From assembly GCA_051362555.1 (NCBI GenBank), contig CM120648.1, positions 5,576,587 to 5,640,586 on the forward strand: a stretch of 64,000 nt of DNA, in the 5' to 3' direction. The position numbers and the translations under genes were made by a program. This document shows, piece by piece, positions 1-18,375 of the stretch. The number at the start of each line of letters is the position of its first letter. Position 1 is the first letter of the stretch. Origin of the DNA: Lingula anatina. Its lineage: Eukaryota; Animalia; Brachiopoda. The notes beneath the pieces were generated by a model. That model searched no databases. It saw only the letters and a program-made list of their open reading frames with translations, and had not been told where the DNA came from.

Positions 1-1316
1 AAAAGTCTCATCCCTGAGAGTGACATTGAAAAACATCTTTGTGTACCTTTTGTTACCAATTCACATTACCAAACTGATCAGCCTTTGTCGACATCATATC
101 TCTGCTATTTTGTTGCTCCTAGAATGCACAATAAGCATTTTTGTCAAACCAGAAATTTTATCTAGTATATGTCTTTCTATGCAGTTATTCCTTGGTGCAT
201 CTCAAAACACGGCAAAAGTTCAGGTATTGATATTGTAGACATCGGCAGCCATCTCGAAATCCTTGAGACTTCTTTTTCCCATTTGCTTTTTTTGGAAAAG
301 AGAGAAACACCTTTACATACTTGTACTGTGTGGTTTGATAAAATGCTTTACATTTGACCTTTGTTTGCTAGATTTCCTTTTAAGACTATTATTGGAAGAA
401 AATATAATATTAAGTCTGCCAGTTTTCCTCTTAATCTTGCTTAAAACTGCTTTTCACAATTTTGTTTTTTTTTTACAAAATGGGGGAGTTGAGCATATAA
501 TTTTTTATACCATTTTACATCACCTTTGCCTAAGGATTTTTAAAAGTTCATAAAGACTCTTTATACTGAAACCAACCATTTGTTTTAAAGCTGGCTTGTT
601 GATTCTCTTTGTGATTATACAAGAAGTCTCTTCTTGATTGAAAAAGAGGAAAATAAACTGTAACCTTAAAATGATCATGTTTAGATTAAAATCTGTCTGC
701 TTGTAGCTTTGTGCATAGGAGTTGTCCATGTTTTAGGATAAAAAGTTCTACTTCCTCTTCCTTATGATCATAATTATATGATTGACTACATTTTCACTAA
801 GTGACATAAAATTCATAAAATCCATAAAATTTGATTTGTTCCTTCATAAATAGCTTCAGCAAAATTGTAACCTTTCAGTTCCTGCAGAGACCTATATTGT
901 AACATAAGAGAATTAAAAATGAACTTTTTGGAATATATCCATTTACAATTTACTTTGACTACTTTTTCTAATGAAGAGAGTTTGCACATCTACAAGACAT
1001 TAGCTGTACCCATTGAAACATAAGATGCAAAGAATTTGAAAAATTTTCTCAAAAAGACAACTAATGAGGAGAAATCGCTGTGACGGTCATATATGTAGAT
1101 CAGCAAAGCTCTGGAAAGTCGTTGAGATAAGATATGTAAGATCGTTGATAAAACTTGACATATTTTGATAACATCTGTCAATGAATTGTATTTAAACAAT
1201 TAAAAAGCATGAACAAATTTATGATAATTATAACTGCTGTACCCTTACGAAAAAGTCCCATAGGATCCTGTAGGACTTTTTCATTAGGGTAACTCTTCTA
1301 TTTCCATATATATCAG

Positions 1317-5621
<4,305 letters not shown>

Positions 5622-5882
5622 TCCCCTGATATGTATATTGGAACTTTAAATTTAAGAAATACAATCCTGGTGCAATAATTCTGTGTATTTAGATATTATT
5701 TTCAACTAAATTCTGTCATTTTGAGTGACTCGGTATATAACTATGTGCAAGAAAGAAATTGGGAAATTGTAGGGACTGTTGTGCGAATATCTTGTGGAGG
5801 AAGACTTTTAAGTTAAAAGTTTTACAAGCTTTTGAGATGAGAAGAACTAACTGCAGTCCTTGCAGGTTCTTTATAGAATAGC

Positions 5883-6107
5883 ACCCCATTTCCATAGATT
5901 TTTAGATCGATCTATCCCTGTGGGGAGTCTCACTAGATTACTGTCAGCTTGGCCGGCTTAAGCGTCTGTCCCGCCTACTAAAAGCTGTAATGGGGTAATT
6001 AAATAAGGTGTCCGCTCGGCTGACTGCAATTTAGCCTGAACCCCCAGGGAGTTAGGTCGATCTAAAACTTAATCTTTAGATCGATCTAAATCTCTGGGAA
6101 AGCACCC
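5883..6107. mobile_element. Non-autonomous DNA transposon (MITE) downstream of the PIK3R4 stop; inverted copy at about 44559-44803
   Basis: Imperfect terminal inverted repeats (tttccatagatttttagatcgatcta / tagatcgatctaaatctctgggaaa). The internal sequence (gggagtctcacta, ggcttaagcgtctgtc, gaacccccagggagttagg) recurs reverse-complemented in a REV1 intron. Confidence 0.7.
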
Positions 6108-6502
6108 ATAGATAGCAGAAATTCAGATGAATGTGGCAGAGACTACTCTAGAGAAAGGAATAGGGTGAAATACATTAACCCTGGTGAATTTTTTGTCATT
6201 TGATATCAGTACTTATGGACTTGATTATAAATAAGAGAAAAAAATTAAATCTGTTCAATAAATGAAATTGTAGCGGAGAGTACAATTGAATTTTAAGAAT
6301 AAAGTGTGACAGATAATGAAATTATAAGATGTTGTAATCAGCTACTGCCTCGTGGCATGAAGCACAACTAAGTTATTTTAATATTCATTGAAAAATTTAT
6401 ATGAGGTAGTGAGTCAAAGAATTAATACTCTTACTTTCATTGTACTGATCATGAAATGATCCTATTTGATTTATGAAGTAGTGAGAATGGTGGAACATAC
6501 CA

Positions 6503-7565
6503 TTTTTATGTACAGACACAGATGTGTCTGTACATATAGCCATCATCTGCGTCTGTCGTCGCCGTCGCCGTCGTCGCCGTCGTCGCCGTCGCCGTGCACT
6601 TTTACCGATAACACGATAAGTGGAAAACCATTTTGCCTTTTGATTTGAAACTTGCAGAACTGAAGAATATTCATAATACGCAGGTCAAGTTTGAAAATCA
6701 GCATGATCGGGTCACTCTTAGGGAATTTATGCTGTTTTTTCACTTTTTTCAACATATATGCAGCACCGATAACACGATAAGTGGAAAACCATTGTACCTT
6801 TTGGCTTGAAACTTACAGTACTGATGAATATTCATAATACGCAGGTCGAGTTCGAAAATCAGCATGATCGGGTCACTTATAGGGAATTTATGCTGTTTTT
6901 TCACTTTTTTCAGCATATATGCAGCACCGATAACACGATAAGTGGAAAACCATTTTACCTTTTGGCTTGAAACTTACAGAACTGATGAATATACATAATA
7001 CGCAGGTCAAGTTCGAAAATCAGCGTGATTGGGTCATTTTTAGTGAATTTAGGCTATTTTTTATTCTCTTTTTTCAGCATATAAGCAGCACCGATAACAC
7101 CATAAATGGAAAACCATTTGACCTTTTGGCTTGAAACCTACAGAACTGATGAATATTCATAATACGCAGGTCAAGTTCGAAAATCAGCATGATTGGGTCA
7201 TTTTTAGTGAATTTAGGCTATTTTTTCACTTTTTTTCAGCATTTTTGCAACACTGATAACACAATAAATGAAGAGCTGTTTTACCCTTTGGCTTGAAACT
7301 TACAGAACTGATAAATATTCATAATACGCAGGTCAAATTCGAAAATCAGCACGATCGGGTCACTTATAGGGAATTTATGCTGTTTTTTTTTCACTTTTTT
7401 CAGTATATATGCAACACTGATAACACAATATAAGAAAAACAGATTGGCCAATTGTCATTATACTCACAGGAGGGGCCAATCTTACTAAAACGCAGGTTGA
7501 GTTTGAAAATCAGCATAATCAGTCCATTATTTTAAAAGGTAATGCTGTTTTTTCACATTTCCTCA
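6503..7565. mobile_element. Helentron/DINE-1-like non-autonomous element with internal ~162-bp tandem array (about 6 units)
   Basis: T-run, then hairpin tgtacagacaca-ga-tgtgtctgtaca (6509-6534), then a (gtcgcc)n microsatellite. Units starting accgataacacgataag follow at about 6604, 6766, 6926, 7090, 7252 and 7415. This layout matches HINE-type elements known from molluscs. Confidence 0.65.
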
Positions 7566-7899
7566 CATTCAATTCTTAGGCATGTTAACAGTCTCATTAT
7601 TGAACTAATAAGATATGTAAATGTGTTTGTTTGGCATTTCCTGCATCTTTACAACATTGTTAGTTGATTTTGTAAAAATGATGGTAAACTTGTTATCATG
7701 TATTGTGTAATAAAGTGTCAAAAATGGAAATAAACTCATATCATTGCAGTTTGTCAGATGCATTCATCCACTATGTTCAGAATCTCAGAATGGAGGAAGT
7801 TGGGCATTTAAAACTGTTCTATTGATACTTTTCCCATCTCATCAATTTTCTTCATTGGTCATATAAAAATGGCAGTAAACTGTTTATTTTGTTTTATGT

Positions 7900-9500
7900 T
7901 TAAAAAGTGCTAAAAATGGAAATAAACCCATTTCAGAACAGTGCTGTATTGTTTACATTTTGGCATTTTCAATATGTGACTTTGAAGTTCCATGGGCCTG
8001 AAGGCTTTTGCTAGTCACATTTTCTGAATAACCATGATACTAATATTTTATAATTAAAAATTGATGGTCATTATGCTGTAAAACATTATGTGATATTGCA
8101 TGAAAATTTGAAGAAACCCCTATTTTGGGCACTGCTCCCATGATGACCATTTAAGGAAAATCATGTCACTTACTGTTCTCAAACTTACAGGAAAGAAACA
8201 TGGGACTAAAATACAGCTCCAGTAGGCAATGCAGTCTGTTTGGTAAATTTTTCTGGCAATTAAACAGTTTTTTGTGAAAATTTAATTTTTCACTTATTGG
8301 CATTTTCAAGGTGTGACTTTGAAGTTCCATGATCCTGAAGACCTTTGCTTGTCACATTTCCTGAATATCCGTGATACTAATATTTTATAATTAAAAATTG
8401 ATGGTCATTATGCTGTTAAACATTATGTAATGTTGCATCAAAATTTGAAGAAACCCCTATTTTGGGCACTGCTCCCATGATGACCATTTAACAAAAATCA
8501 TGTCAATTACTGTTCTCAAACTTACAGGAAAGAAACATGGGTCTAAAATACAGCTTCAGTTGGCAATGCAGTCTGTTTGGTAATTTTTTTCTGGCAATTA
8601 AACAGTTTTTTGTGAAAATTTAATTTTTCACATATTGGCATTTCCAAGGTGCGACTTAGAACCTCCACGGGCTTGAAGACCCGTGCTAGTCACATTTTGT
8701 GAAAATCCATGACACTTATATTTTATTATTAAAAATCGATGGTCATTATGCTGTTAAGCATTATGTAATGTTGCATCAAAATAGCAGAAAACACAATTTT
8801 TGGTGCTGCTGCCTTGATGACCATTATGGAAAAACCGTGTTACTTATGACTGTCAAACTTTCAAAAAAGAAACACAGGACTAAAATGCAGCCTGAGTTAG
8901 AAAAGCAGTCTAATTGGCTTCTTTTTCTGGAAGTTATACATTTTAGTGTTATATTCATTATCTTTTTTGGCATATTCATTATGGGACTCGGAGCTCCCAT
9001 GGACATGAAGCCAAATGGTAATCATATTTTCTACATGTCCATCCTATTTATAGTCAATAAACAAAAATTGGTGATAATTATTCTCTAATTTATTATGTAA
9101 TGTTACATCAAAATTGACAATCTTTTTGCACTGCTACTGCAAACATTATGAAAAGAAAACTGTGCTACTTATTATAATTTTAAACTTACAAGTACGATTT
9201 TTAGGATTGGCCTTCAGCTCATGAGAAAACCAGCTCTATCGGATTATCATGTTTATTGTATTTATGCATTTTTTGTGAAATTTTCATTTTTCTCATTCTG
9301 GCACTTTCTAAGTATAAACTTGAACTCTGATGGGCCTGAAACCTTATGCATTTACTTTCGTCTGTGTTACCTGTTGTGCATAAGTTGATGTTGACTGTGC
9401 AGTTAAACATAATGTATTATTGCATCAGGATTGGTAGTCTCCTATTTTGGGCATTATGGTTTTGTGCTTTTCTTAAGGTGTGACTTATGGGCCTGAAGAC
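7900..9500. repeat. Diverged ~337-bp tandem repeat (4-5 units)
   Basis: ttggcattttcaa..tgtgactttgaagttccatg recurs at about 7960, 8297, 8634, 8967 and 9299; related fragments continue to about 10560. Confidence 0.8.
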
Positions 9501-9719
9501 CTTTGAGTGGGTCAGTCTGTAAATTACCCTTGGGTATCACTAGATTAATTTCAGAGTTATAAAGTCATTTGCTTTAATAGGCCATTAAATGAGATTACGT
9601 AAAGCACACTTGTTGATATTTCCCTGTAAACTCCCAAAGGTAAAGCTCTTTGCTAGATAATGATAAGGAAGCAGTGATAATTATGCAGGTAAATTTTGTT
9701 TAATATTGCAAATAAGTTT

Positions 9720-9790
<71 letters not shown>

Positions 9791-9835
9791 AACTGGAAGA
9801 TTAAAAGTTTGAATAGCAGCTTCATTGGAATTATA

Positions 9836-10071
9836 TTTACCTCAAGCTCTGCCAAGGAGGTTATATTTTCACCCCTGTTTGTCTGTCATCCACATAACAC
9901 AAAAAGTTATGGACTGATTTTGCAGAAATTTTCAGGAACTGTCGGAAGTGGGCCAAAGAGGACAATGATTAATTTTTGGTGGTGGTCCGGATCAATAATC
10001 AATCAATTATCAATATAATCAACAATTGCTGCCTTGGCAGAGGTCTGCACTCTCAAAGTGCTTTTCTAGTT
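9836..10071 (-). mobile_element. Non-autonomous interspersed element (Helentron-associated type)
   Basis: End aactagaaaagcact..gagagtgcagacct...ccaaggcagc (read on -) with an inverted ctgccaaggagg at the other end. The same family occurs at 16333-16378 (fragment) and 22843-23242. Confidence 0.65.
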
Positions 10072-11518
10072 TTGTTGTTTTCCTTTATAATTTTTTCTCA
10101 AACACTTGCATTTGTGACTTTTAGCCCCAGGCAGGCTCTCATCTGCCTGGGGCTCTGCACATTTTCTGTATTTCTACATAAGCAGTTGTATTGTTTTTTA
10201 TATCTTTAAACATTATGTAATATTATTTTATGCACTGTCATCATTTTTCAAATATTGAGACTTTCATAATGTGAATTTGAACTCTCATGGTCCTGAAACT
10301 GTAATCTTATTGAAGGGGTGGATTGAGACCATCTTCTGGGTCTTCCGGAAGACAGTCAGGTTATTAAGTTTATATTGACTGGTATCTATTTTTTCTGTTG
10401 GAAGACCATCAAAATGGAGGATGGATCAACATAGATACTTTGTAATACTGGGTCCACTCCTGTTATTGACCATGTTACCTGTTGTGCAAGATTAAAATTC
10501 AGTGTTGACTGACAGTGCTATTATAAGCATTATTTATTATTGCATCAAAATTGACAAAATGACCTTTTTTGCATCTTTATTTTCTGTTTTTTGTCTGTAC
10601 ATTTGACAGCTTTGCTGCCTTGTTAAGAATTCATTTGTGATTTTTCATATTATTTGTTTGTGTTGTTTATTGTTGTTAATATGTTATTTCAGTGCTTACT
10701 GAAATTTTCAAGTATTATTGAAGTAGCAGCAATGAAAAAAAACTTGTAAAATAACACATAATAGAATGTTATTTACAGAACCTGAACTGCTACTAGTTAT
10801 TGGTTGTATGATGTGTCAGAAAATGTGTGATAAAATTATTTGAGAAATATTCCTCTCTCTCTTTTGTTTTTTAAAATGACTTTTATTTAAAATAGACCCG
10901 TTTAACACCCACATTGGAGATAGCATGATATCAACCAACTAAAAAAAAGTGAAAATAATTTTTCTCTTGTACATTTTTTATTAAAGATATATACTCAATT
11001 TATTTACATTAAAAATATTATTTTACAGAGTACCTCACAAGAGGGGGGAAGTGATACAGTTACAAGTAAAATTCATTCAGAGACATGATCCAATATATTA
11101 ATATAGATATATATGAATGGACAGTTTTAAGGTAAGACTTGACTGTGCGATAAGAAATTATGATATATGTTATCGGGGCAGAAAGCTCTTGGAATTCATG
11201 GAAGAAGGAATCAAGATTTCCCTTAAATATCACTCTGCCAATATTTTTATCAAATCTTCTTTGGTTGTGATACAACTTCATGCTATTTGGCACAACAAAA
11301 CTGCCTAGTAATTATGCAAAAATACATTGGACATTCAGTTCACTTCACTCTCCAAACACATACCACTTTGATGTAGAATTCAGACACTGTGGTGTGTCAT
11401 GATTTCACTGTTTGTGGTGTGTCATGATTTCAGTTTTCTTTGTTACTTGGGACCAGACTGAACTTGAGTCATTGCTTCAAAGCGCACAAATAGAATCAGT
11501 TCATTTATCAGACTAGAC

Positions 11519-14500
11519 CTATTTTCCCTTCTTATCTTTTTTCTGTGTCTTTTCTCTGGCGTTTGATAGATCGTACTTAAATCCCTCTTTTCTTGCTGCT
11601 GATTCTCGTTTCCGAACAGTTTTCATGACTTTGTGTTGTAGCTCTGATCGAGTAAATGGACGACTTTCCTCATCGCTGGCTTCACTGACCTCGCTGTCAT
11701 ATTCATCGCTGTAAAAAAGACAAAAACCTTGTCAGGATTTGAAAGTCACTTTGGTAATTGCTTTACATTGTCCAAATGCCTCACCATTTCTAAAGTTTTA
11801 CTTTCTCAAAATTTATCATTTTCAGACACTGACAATGTATTTTCTGGCACAAAGCCAACTAACGTTTCAATCTTCTGAATGAGCTATTCAACTATTCAAC
11901 TATTGCCAACAAAACTTTTTTTGGGAGGGGGAGGCATAAACATACAATATAACACAAATCTCATATCATTCATAATCATAATTCTTTTAATTTTTTTTCT
12001 CTTATTTTGTTGATATGACCGAACTGTTTATAAGTCAAACCTATCTTGGAGGAGGAAGAGGGGTGGGTGGGTGGATGGGGGGGGGGGGGGGGGGGCTAGA
12101 TCTATTAAATCTGTGACTCACCCAACAGTTGGAGGGACTATATGAGGTTGTTGTGTGGGTGCGTCTGGTCCTTCTCCCAGCAGACCTGGTGTCTTTGAAT
12201 CATACTTCGTCTCATCCTGGAGAAATTAAAAAAGAAGAAAAAAATGAATTCTTTCATCAAACATAATGAAGTAATCATGTAAGCCTGCGTATTGGATCCC
12301 ATATTCAGGCAGCAAATTAAAATTTTCATTACCTTTTGTCTTTGAGCCAAATTAATGTCATAACCATTTCATTCATTTCAAAAATAACTTTCAATAAATG
12401 AAATTTTGGTCATAATCATTACAAATGGATGGATTTTAGCCACTGAGAAACATTCAGATTATAAATGCTTGAGCACTGCATCTCCACCATTCGTGTTAGC
12501 CCTTAACTTAGAGTAGGTAAATGCCTGTACACTCGTGTTAGCCCTTACCTTAGAGTAGGTAAATGCCTGTACAGAGAGCAGCTCATTGGTCCTCTGCTCT
12601 ATGATGCCCAGGTACTGTAACATGTTGTTATTGGTCACTCCAGACTGAGCTCCCAGCATGTCATCTATAGCTGACCTATCACAGTTGATCTTATTGAACA
12701 GAGATTCCACACCTTGGGAGAGAGGAATTAATTTTGATTAGCACTATTATTATCAAATTGAAATGATTATATCATAATATCATATTTATTCATAATAAAA
12801 GAAGAAAATTCTGTAAAATCATTATTAAAATGTGCAAAGTCACTCTCAAGTTTGTCCCAAGTACTGAGGCCTATACAAATATTTCTTTTCAAAAATTAAA
12901 AAACTATTAAAAAATCTAAATATAAATTTTATGTTGGTATGGAATCAAACACCACCCATATCCGGTGCAAAAAATATTGCCCTTCATATTTTCAGCATGT
13001 AAGTCATTTTTACCAAAATTGATATATCTACCTGCTTTAAGCTGGTCTAGAATCTTAGATGTGCCTTTATATTTCTCATCATATTCATCTGCACTCTTGG
13101 AAGCAGCTGCTTGTCTCTCTTCCAGTTGTTTTAAGATTATTTTACGTTGTTTCTCCATCTCAATGCCCTGTGCCTTGAATTTCTCAATTTCATTCTGAAT
13201 CTGTGGAGAAAAAAGTGGATATGAGAATTAAAAAACTGCCTTGTTCAATGTCAGATTTCTTAAATTTTTATTTTTATGTGTAACACAAAATCATCACATG
13301 AATACTCACTGATACTGAAGGTTAATTCTTACTTTTAAAGAACCTTAAGCTTGTTTGATAAAATAATTTTAAGATAATATAAGCTCTCAAAAGAATAAAA
13401 AAAATTATTTTCCTCACCTCCTGAATCTGGTCCTGTAGCATCTCTGTCTCGTTATTTTGTTCGTTGACGTAGTTGAAAAGGGCAAAATTGCGATCCTCCA
13501 CTTCAATAAACCTGTTAACAAGCAGGTCAATCTCCTCCTCACCAGTGAGCTCACGAATTCTGCGGAAGGCAGCCTCGTAAGATTCCACGGAGTCCTCCTG
13601 GTCTCCCTTCTTACGCTCGTTTTCAAGAGACTCTGCAACCAGTGAGGTAAAATCATGTTTAAAGAACATATCACAGTCACATTTCAAAATACATGCTAAA
13701 ACATACAATTAAACTAATTTTCAATTTATTACATTTAATTTGATTGCAATTTTGTTTATTTTGTATATCAAGATAGCATGGATTTTTAGCTTTCAATGGA
13801 AATTTTGTCTGCATACAATACAATACAATACAACACAATACAATACAATACCTTTCTTGTTTCTCCAAGCCACCAGCTGTGGGTCCTCCTGTCTCTCCTG
13901 ACCTTTGATCCCCATGAACTCTTTCAGCTTGCGGTCATGGTCGATGATTCTAATCAGTTCCTTCATCTCAGCATTGTGTTGCTGCATGTCCTTGTCTGCC
14001 TTCTCCTTCAGCAGGATCATCTTGGCTTGGGCTTCATCTCTGTGGGAGATAATTGGGTTAGGTGAGATTTTGGAGATTGTGTCGGTTGAGATTTGATGTT
14101 TTTCTGCATTGTTTTTGGTCTGTCGTTGGTTTTTTGTAAATATTTCAGGTTGTAAACTATTCTAAAAATGCATTCAGAATCTTAAAAATTGTTTTAGTTT
14201 TTGGGGGACAGAATCTTTGTATTGGGATATGTCATGGTTTCAAAGAAACCAGCCAGTAAAAGAGAACTTCAAGACTAGTTGCAAACTTGAGTTTTTCTGT
14301 GAATAGATATTTGCAGAAAATTTTAGAAACAAAATGTTGAAGTGACCTAAAATTTGTTAGAGTAAAAGGGTTACAAATGGAAATTATAATATCTATTAAT
14401 ATTCTATTAACTATATGAAGATGCTAAAAAGCTTTGCTATTTCAGAAAACTGGGTAACCAGACAACAATGGAACCGGCTTGTCAAAAAGGTACAAAATTC

Positions 14501-16290
14501 ACCCAATATTATAGATCTTATATCTCTGTACAGATCCATCACTTATAACTAATCCCTAACCTGGCATCATAAGCAGACGTGGACTGCTCAACAATATCTC
14601 CAATCTCTCTCCTCAGTGTGTTCAGCTCTTTCTCCAGTTTCTTAAAAAGTCCCTCGAACCTTGCCCTTTCCACACGCAGGCTGTCAATCTCCTCACGCAG
14701 GGAAGCATTACGAGTGAGCATCTTGTTGAATTCTTTCAAATTCTGGAAAGTTACAATTAAATTATTAGTTTATTATTAAAAGAAATGCATTGTTGCAGAA
14801 ATCCTAATTGCTGCCCTTCTGGTCATGACCCAATCGCTAAAAATAAAAAGCCAATTTTAATTTGAATTCTCCATATCATTAATTCACTGGTAATCAAATA
14901 ATATATTGAGTGATTCTGCTCCATAGTATTTTTTCAGCATGCTTAGTTACACTATGGCTGTTCAATGTGCCACGCCCAACCCCTGTCAATCACATTAATC
15001 CCACCCACCCAACCTGTCACTCAACCTGTCATTCACGTACCCCATCAAGTTTGTTCTCCAGTACACGGGTCTGTTTGTGTACTTTGGCAGTATGGAGAGC
15101 TGACATGTGGACTCCGCCCATATTCTTGTGCTGGGCGTGGATCTTCCTCTCCCATTCCTTAATCTTGGCGTCCAACTCGTCGTGAAGCTGCTTCTCCTGG
15201 CCTATCTCAGCCACCTTCTCATCTGTAGTAAACAAATATTAATGTGTTTAATATCTCAAATGGTATTTATTGAATATGAAATAATAGTTTTCTTTTGATT
15301 TGATTCAAATATATTTATCATGTAAATGCAGTAAAACTGTCTAATATATAACGATTGAACATGGCTGAACATTGAGACAAAAAGAAAATGATGTCACTAT
15401 ATTTAAAAACTTTTTTCATGACTGAACTTTCTTTATATGACTGACCTTTGGCCTCTAGCAATCCCTGCAACATGTCAGTGTTATCATCATCCACAATCTG
15501 ATTGGCTCTACTTTCAGCCAATCGTAATTCCTTCAGTATTTCCTGCTTCTCACTTTCCAGCTGTTCCATCTCCGCCCTAAAAAAAATTATACTTGCACAT
15601 GAATTTACTAAGATTAAAACAATTTTAACTTCACGTAAGCTTTCTCTTATGGTATCAAAACATTTAGAATTTGAACGGCAAATAAAAATTCTGTAGTTTT
15701 AACACCAATAACTACTGTATTAATAGTAGCATTAACATATATATTGCATGTATGGAGCATATACCTGGACTGTTTTATCATATAGTTATAAAGATTTTAT
15801 GCTTGTAACAAAGCAAACTATGAATTAGATGTTATGTATAGAGTTATAGCCAAATATTTGATTGGAAGAGTCCTAAAAGAAATGTAAGTCTTCAAAAGAA
15901 AAAGACAATTGGAGAGGGATGAGTGGGGGGAGGGAGGGGGGGGGGGGAGGTACTTGATTCTGGACTTTATTAAACGAAGAAGTATCTGATCCATCAAGTT
16001 TGCTAAGATAAAAATTCAAGACCAAATACTAACTGTTAATTCATACAATATCCCCCAGGACATAAATACACAAAAATAACTGAAATAAGCAATATCCATT
16101 TTTTGTTAACCATTTCCAGGTGTCACACCTACCTCTGTTTTCTGATGATATTCTGCGACTCCTCCGTGTATGCAGCACGGTCATTATCCATGACACGTTG
16201 CTGTCGCAGGAGCTTCTGGAGCTCTTGCTCCGCCAGACCCTCCTGGTCCACATCGCTGGCGTCTGACCCTGGGGAACGTGCTCGTGGCAT
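11519..16290 (-). CDS. ODAD1: Outer dynein arm docking complex subunit 1 (CCDC114/CCDC63 family), about 10 coding exons
   Basis: ATG at 16290 (MPRARSPGSDASD..EQELQKLLRQQRVMD). Conserved motifs RVLENKLD, FNKMLTRNASLREEID, RIIDHDRKLKEFM, FIEVEDRNFALFNYVNEQN and MLQYLGIIEQRTNELL. Last exon ends ...KKDKKGK* at 11519. Confidence 0.9.
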
Positions 16291-16928
16291 GACTGGTTTC
16301 TACGTCAAAGGAATACATATATAAATATATGTAACTAGAAAAGCACTCAGAGAGTGCAGACCTTCACCAAGGCAGCTCAATAACCTTTTCTAAAGTCAAT
16401 CATTCAATTATGTCATTGAATGGATTTTATGTTTACCCATTTCTGACCAAAGGTAAAAACATACATTAATTTCCCTCCTTGGTATAGTCATAATGATAAA
16501 TATATTAAATATCTTATTAAATAAAGAAGTGAATTTTTTTACTACAGCATTTTGCAGAGAAATTTCATACATGTACAAGTAACTTCAAAGATCAAACTGA
16601 TGCAGTACTGAGTACCCATTGTGAGAAATATTGCTTTAAAATATATAATGAGATGATGATTAAATAATGGAAGGTTTATTTCACCATTACTTTTAAGAAT
16701 TGTAAATAAGTTGTTAATTAACGAGAAAAAATCTTCGCCACTCCGATAACGTCTGAGATACCTTTACATATGTCTGTGATTGTGAATCTTTTATTATACT
16801 GGCACTGCAGCGCTACACTAACCACAAATTACAAATTACGGTAAGCGAATTATATTACTGTATGCTTATGTTATCGATGTGCTATATATTTTGCAGTTTT
16901 GATTATGTTCATAACGGAATCGTCTTAC

Positions 16929-17422
16929 CTTTTTTTTAGCTTAACTTTCAACAATATTCTTCTCAAAATGTATTACTTCAACTGCTGAGACCGTGTAAAG
17001 CTTAATGAACAGAGGTGTTTCAAGTTGCCATGAGAGATAAACAGTAGCGAAAACGAGGCTATAGTCTCAAACCTTGTTATCGTAAATATTTGAAAGAAAT
17101 TACCATTTACAGAACAAAGGAAATACAAATACAATATGTAGCTAGTATCAATTCATTGTTATAATATCATTTTCTGTTCTTGTGTAAATTATATTTTCAA
17201 TTTAACAAAGAACGCAATAGTTGATAAAAAATCAGTTTGGTAAATGGACTATCGCACCTGCCACTTGCACCCTGTGGCGCCATCTATCGACGAAGAGGGA
17301 AACAAAATGTAAAGACCAACATCAACACCTGAGCCGACGTTAAAGGGAATATAAATACATCGTTCTAGTAATAACCGAGAGACGTTTTGATTACATACGT
17401 TATAAACTCACTTAGAATATAG
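16929..17422. promoter_or_regulatory. Probable bidirectional promoter and non-coding first exons of ODAD1 (-) and VEPH1 (+)
   Basis: CpG-richer stretch with outward-facing donors (minus AAG|GTAAGA near 16928; plus TAG|GTAAGA at 17423). RFX X-box half-site GTTGCCATG at 17024-17032 next to forkhead ATAAACA at 17037-17043; GGCGCCATCTA near 17276. Confidence 0.5.
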
Positions 17423-18375
17423 GTAAGAACTCACAGGGTGATGGTTATTTGGGTGGATATATATAAATATGGTCATTTTACGTCTTCAATCTTGTAATGT
17501 CGAGGTCCCCGACGAGACGAGGGTAATTTTTGTCAACACAAGTCACGCATGTTCTAGTTCCTGTGACTTGACTGCCTTTATGACTTGCATATTTTCGTCC
17601 TCATCAGTTTCAATTAAGATCTAATTCCAACTTGAGATGTGTTTTTTATACGAGTACATGTAATTCACAATATTTTTATGGTGGCACAGTTCTGGTTTAG
17701 AACCGGTTTAATCACTAATTAGGCTACAATTTCTGTCTCTTGCCCAGCAGTTCACTTTATTTTCCGTACTTTTTTTACCCTGGCAAACAGAGCAGTGAAG
17801 AAAAACAGGTGTTTTTTACTGTCTCGCCTTTTAAATAATGTTAAATAAACAAGGATTTTATGGATTATGTTCTGCCATAATTGAATGAGTTATCTTGGGC
17901 TGTGCCAGAAAATTTTGGCAGAATTCCAACTCACCATAAACCATAGAATTGCATGTTTTTCTCCTACACCTGGGATATTTTTGCCAACTAGAAACATGGC
18001 ATGATTCACTATTTACCACATTACATGTACTTGTAGAAGCTTGGTAGAGTACGTTAGTGCAGACATGGGGAAACTGCCTATATCTGGCCAGTCCTATGAC
18101 TACTTTAAATGCCAGAGGACCAGCTTGATTTTTTTATATCATCATATATGTACCAAAGTAGACAATTTTATTATTTAATTATGAAACTGCATTACAGGAT
18201 GACAAGTTACTATTAATTAAAGAATAAGCATACTGTATTAACCTAGCTCAGAACAAAATTAGTTATCATAAAGCCCCCCACCCCCATTTCCTTAGACTAA
18301 TATATCAGCACTAATAAATAAAACCATTTTTACCATTACAGGATGCTGCTAAGATGAGATAACGAGAAAAACAAA

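Noticed and set aside
1241-1291. 50-bp hairpin before a PIK3R4 acceptor as structured ncRNA
   Set aside because: Looks like a collapsed MITE end pair; no miRNA or snoRNA features can be supported.
8699-9088. 129-aa ORF
   Set aside because: Lies within the 337-bp tandem repeat, starts at a non-ATG codon, and has no recognisable motif.
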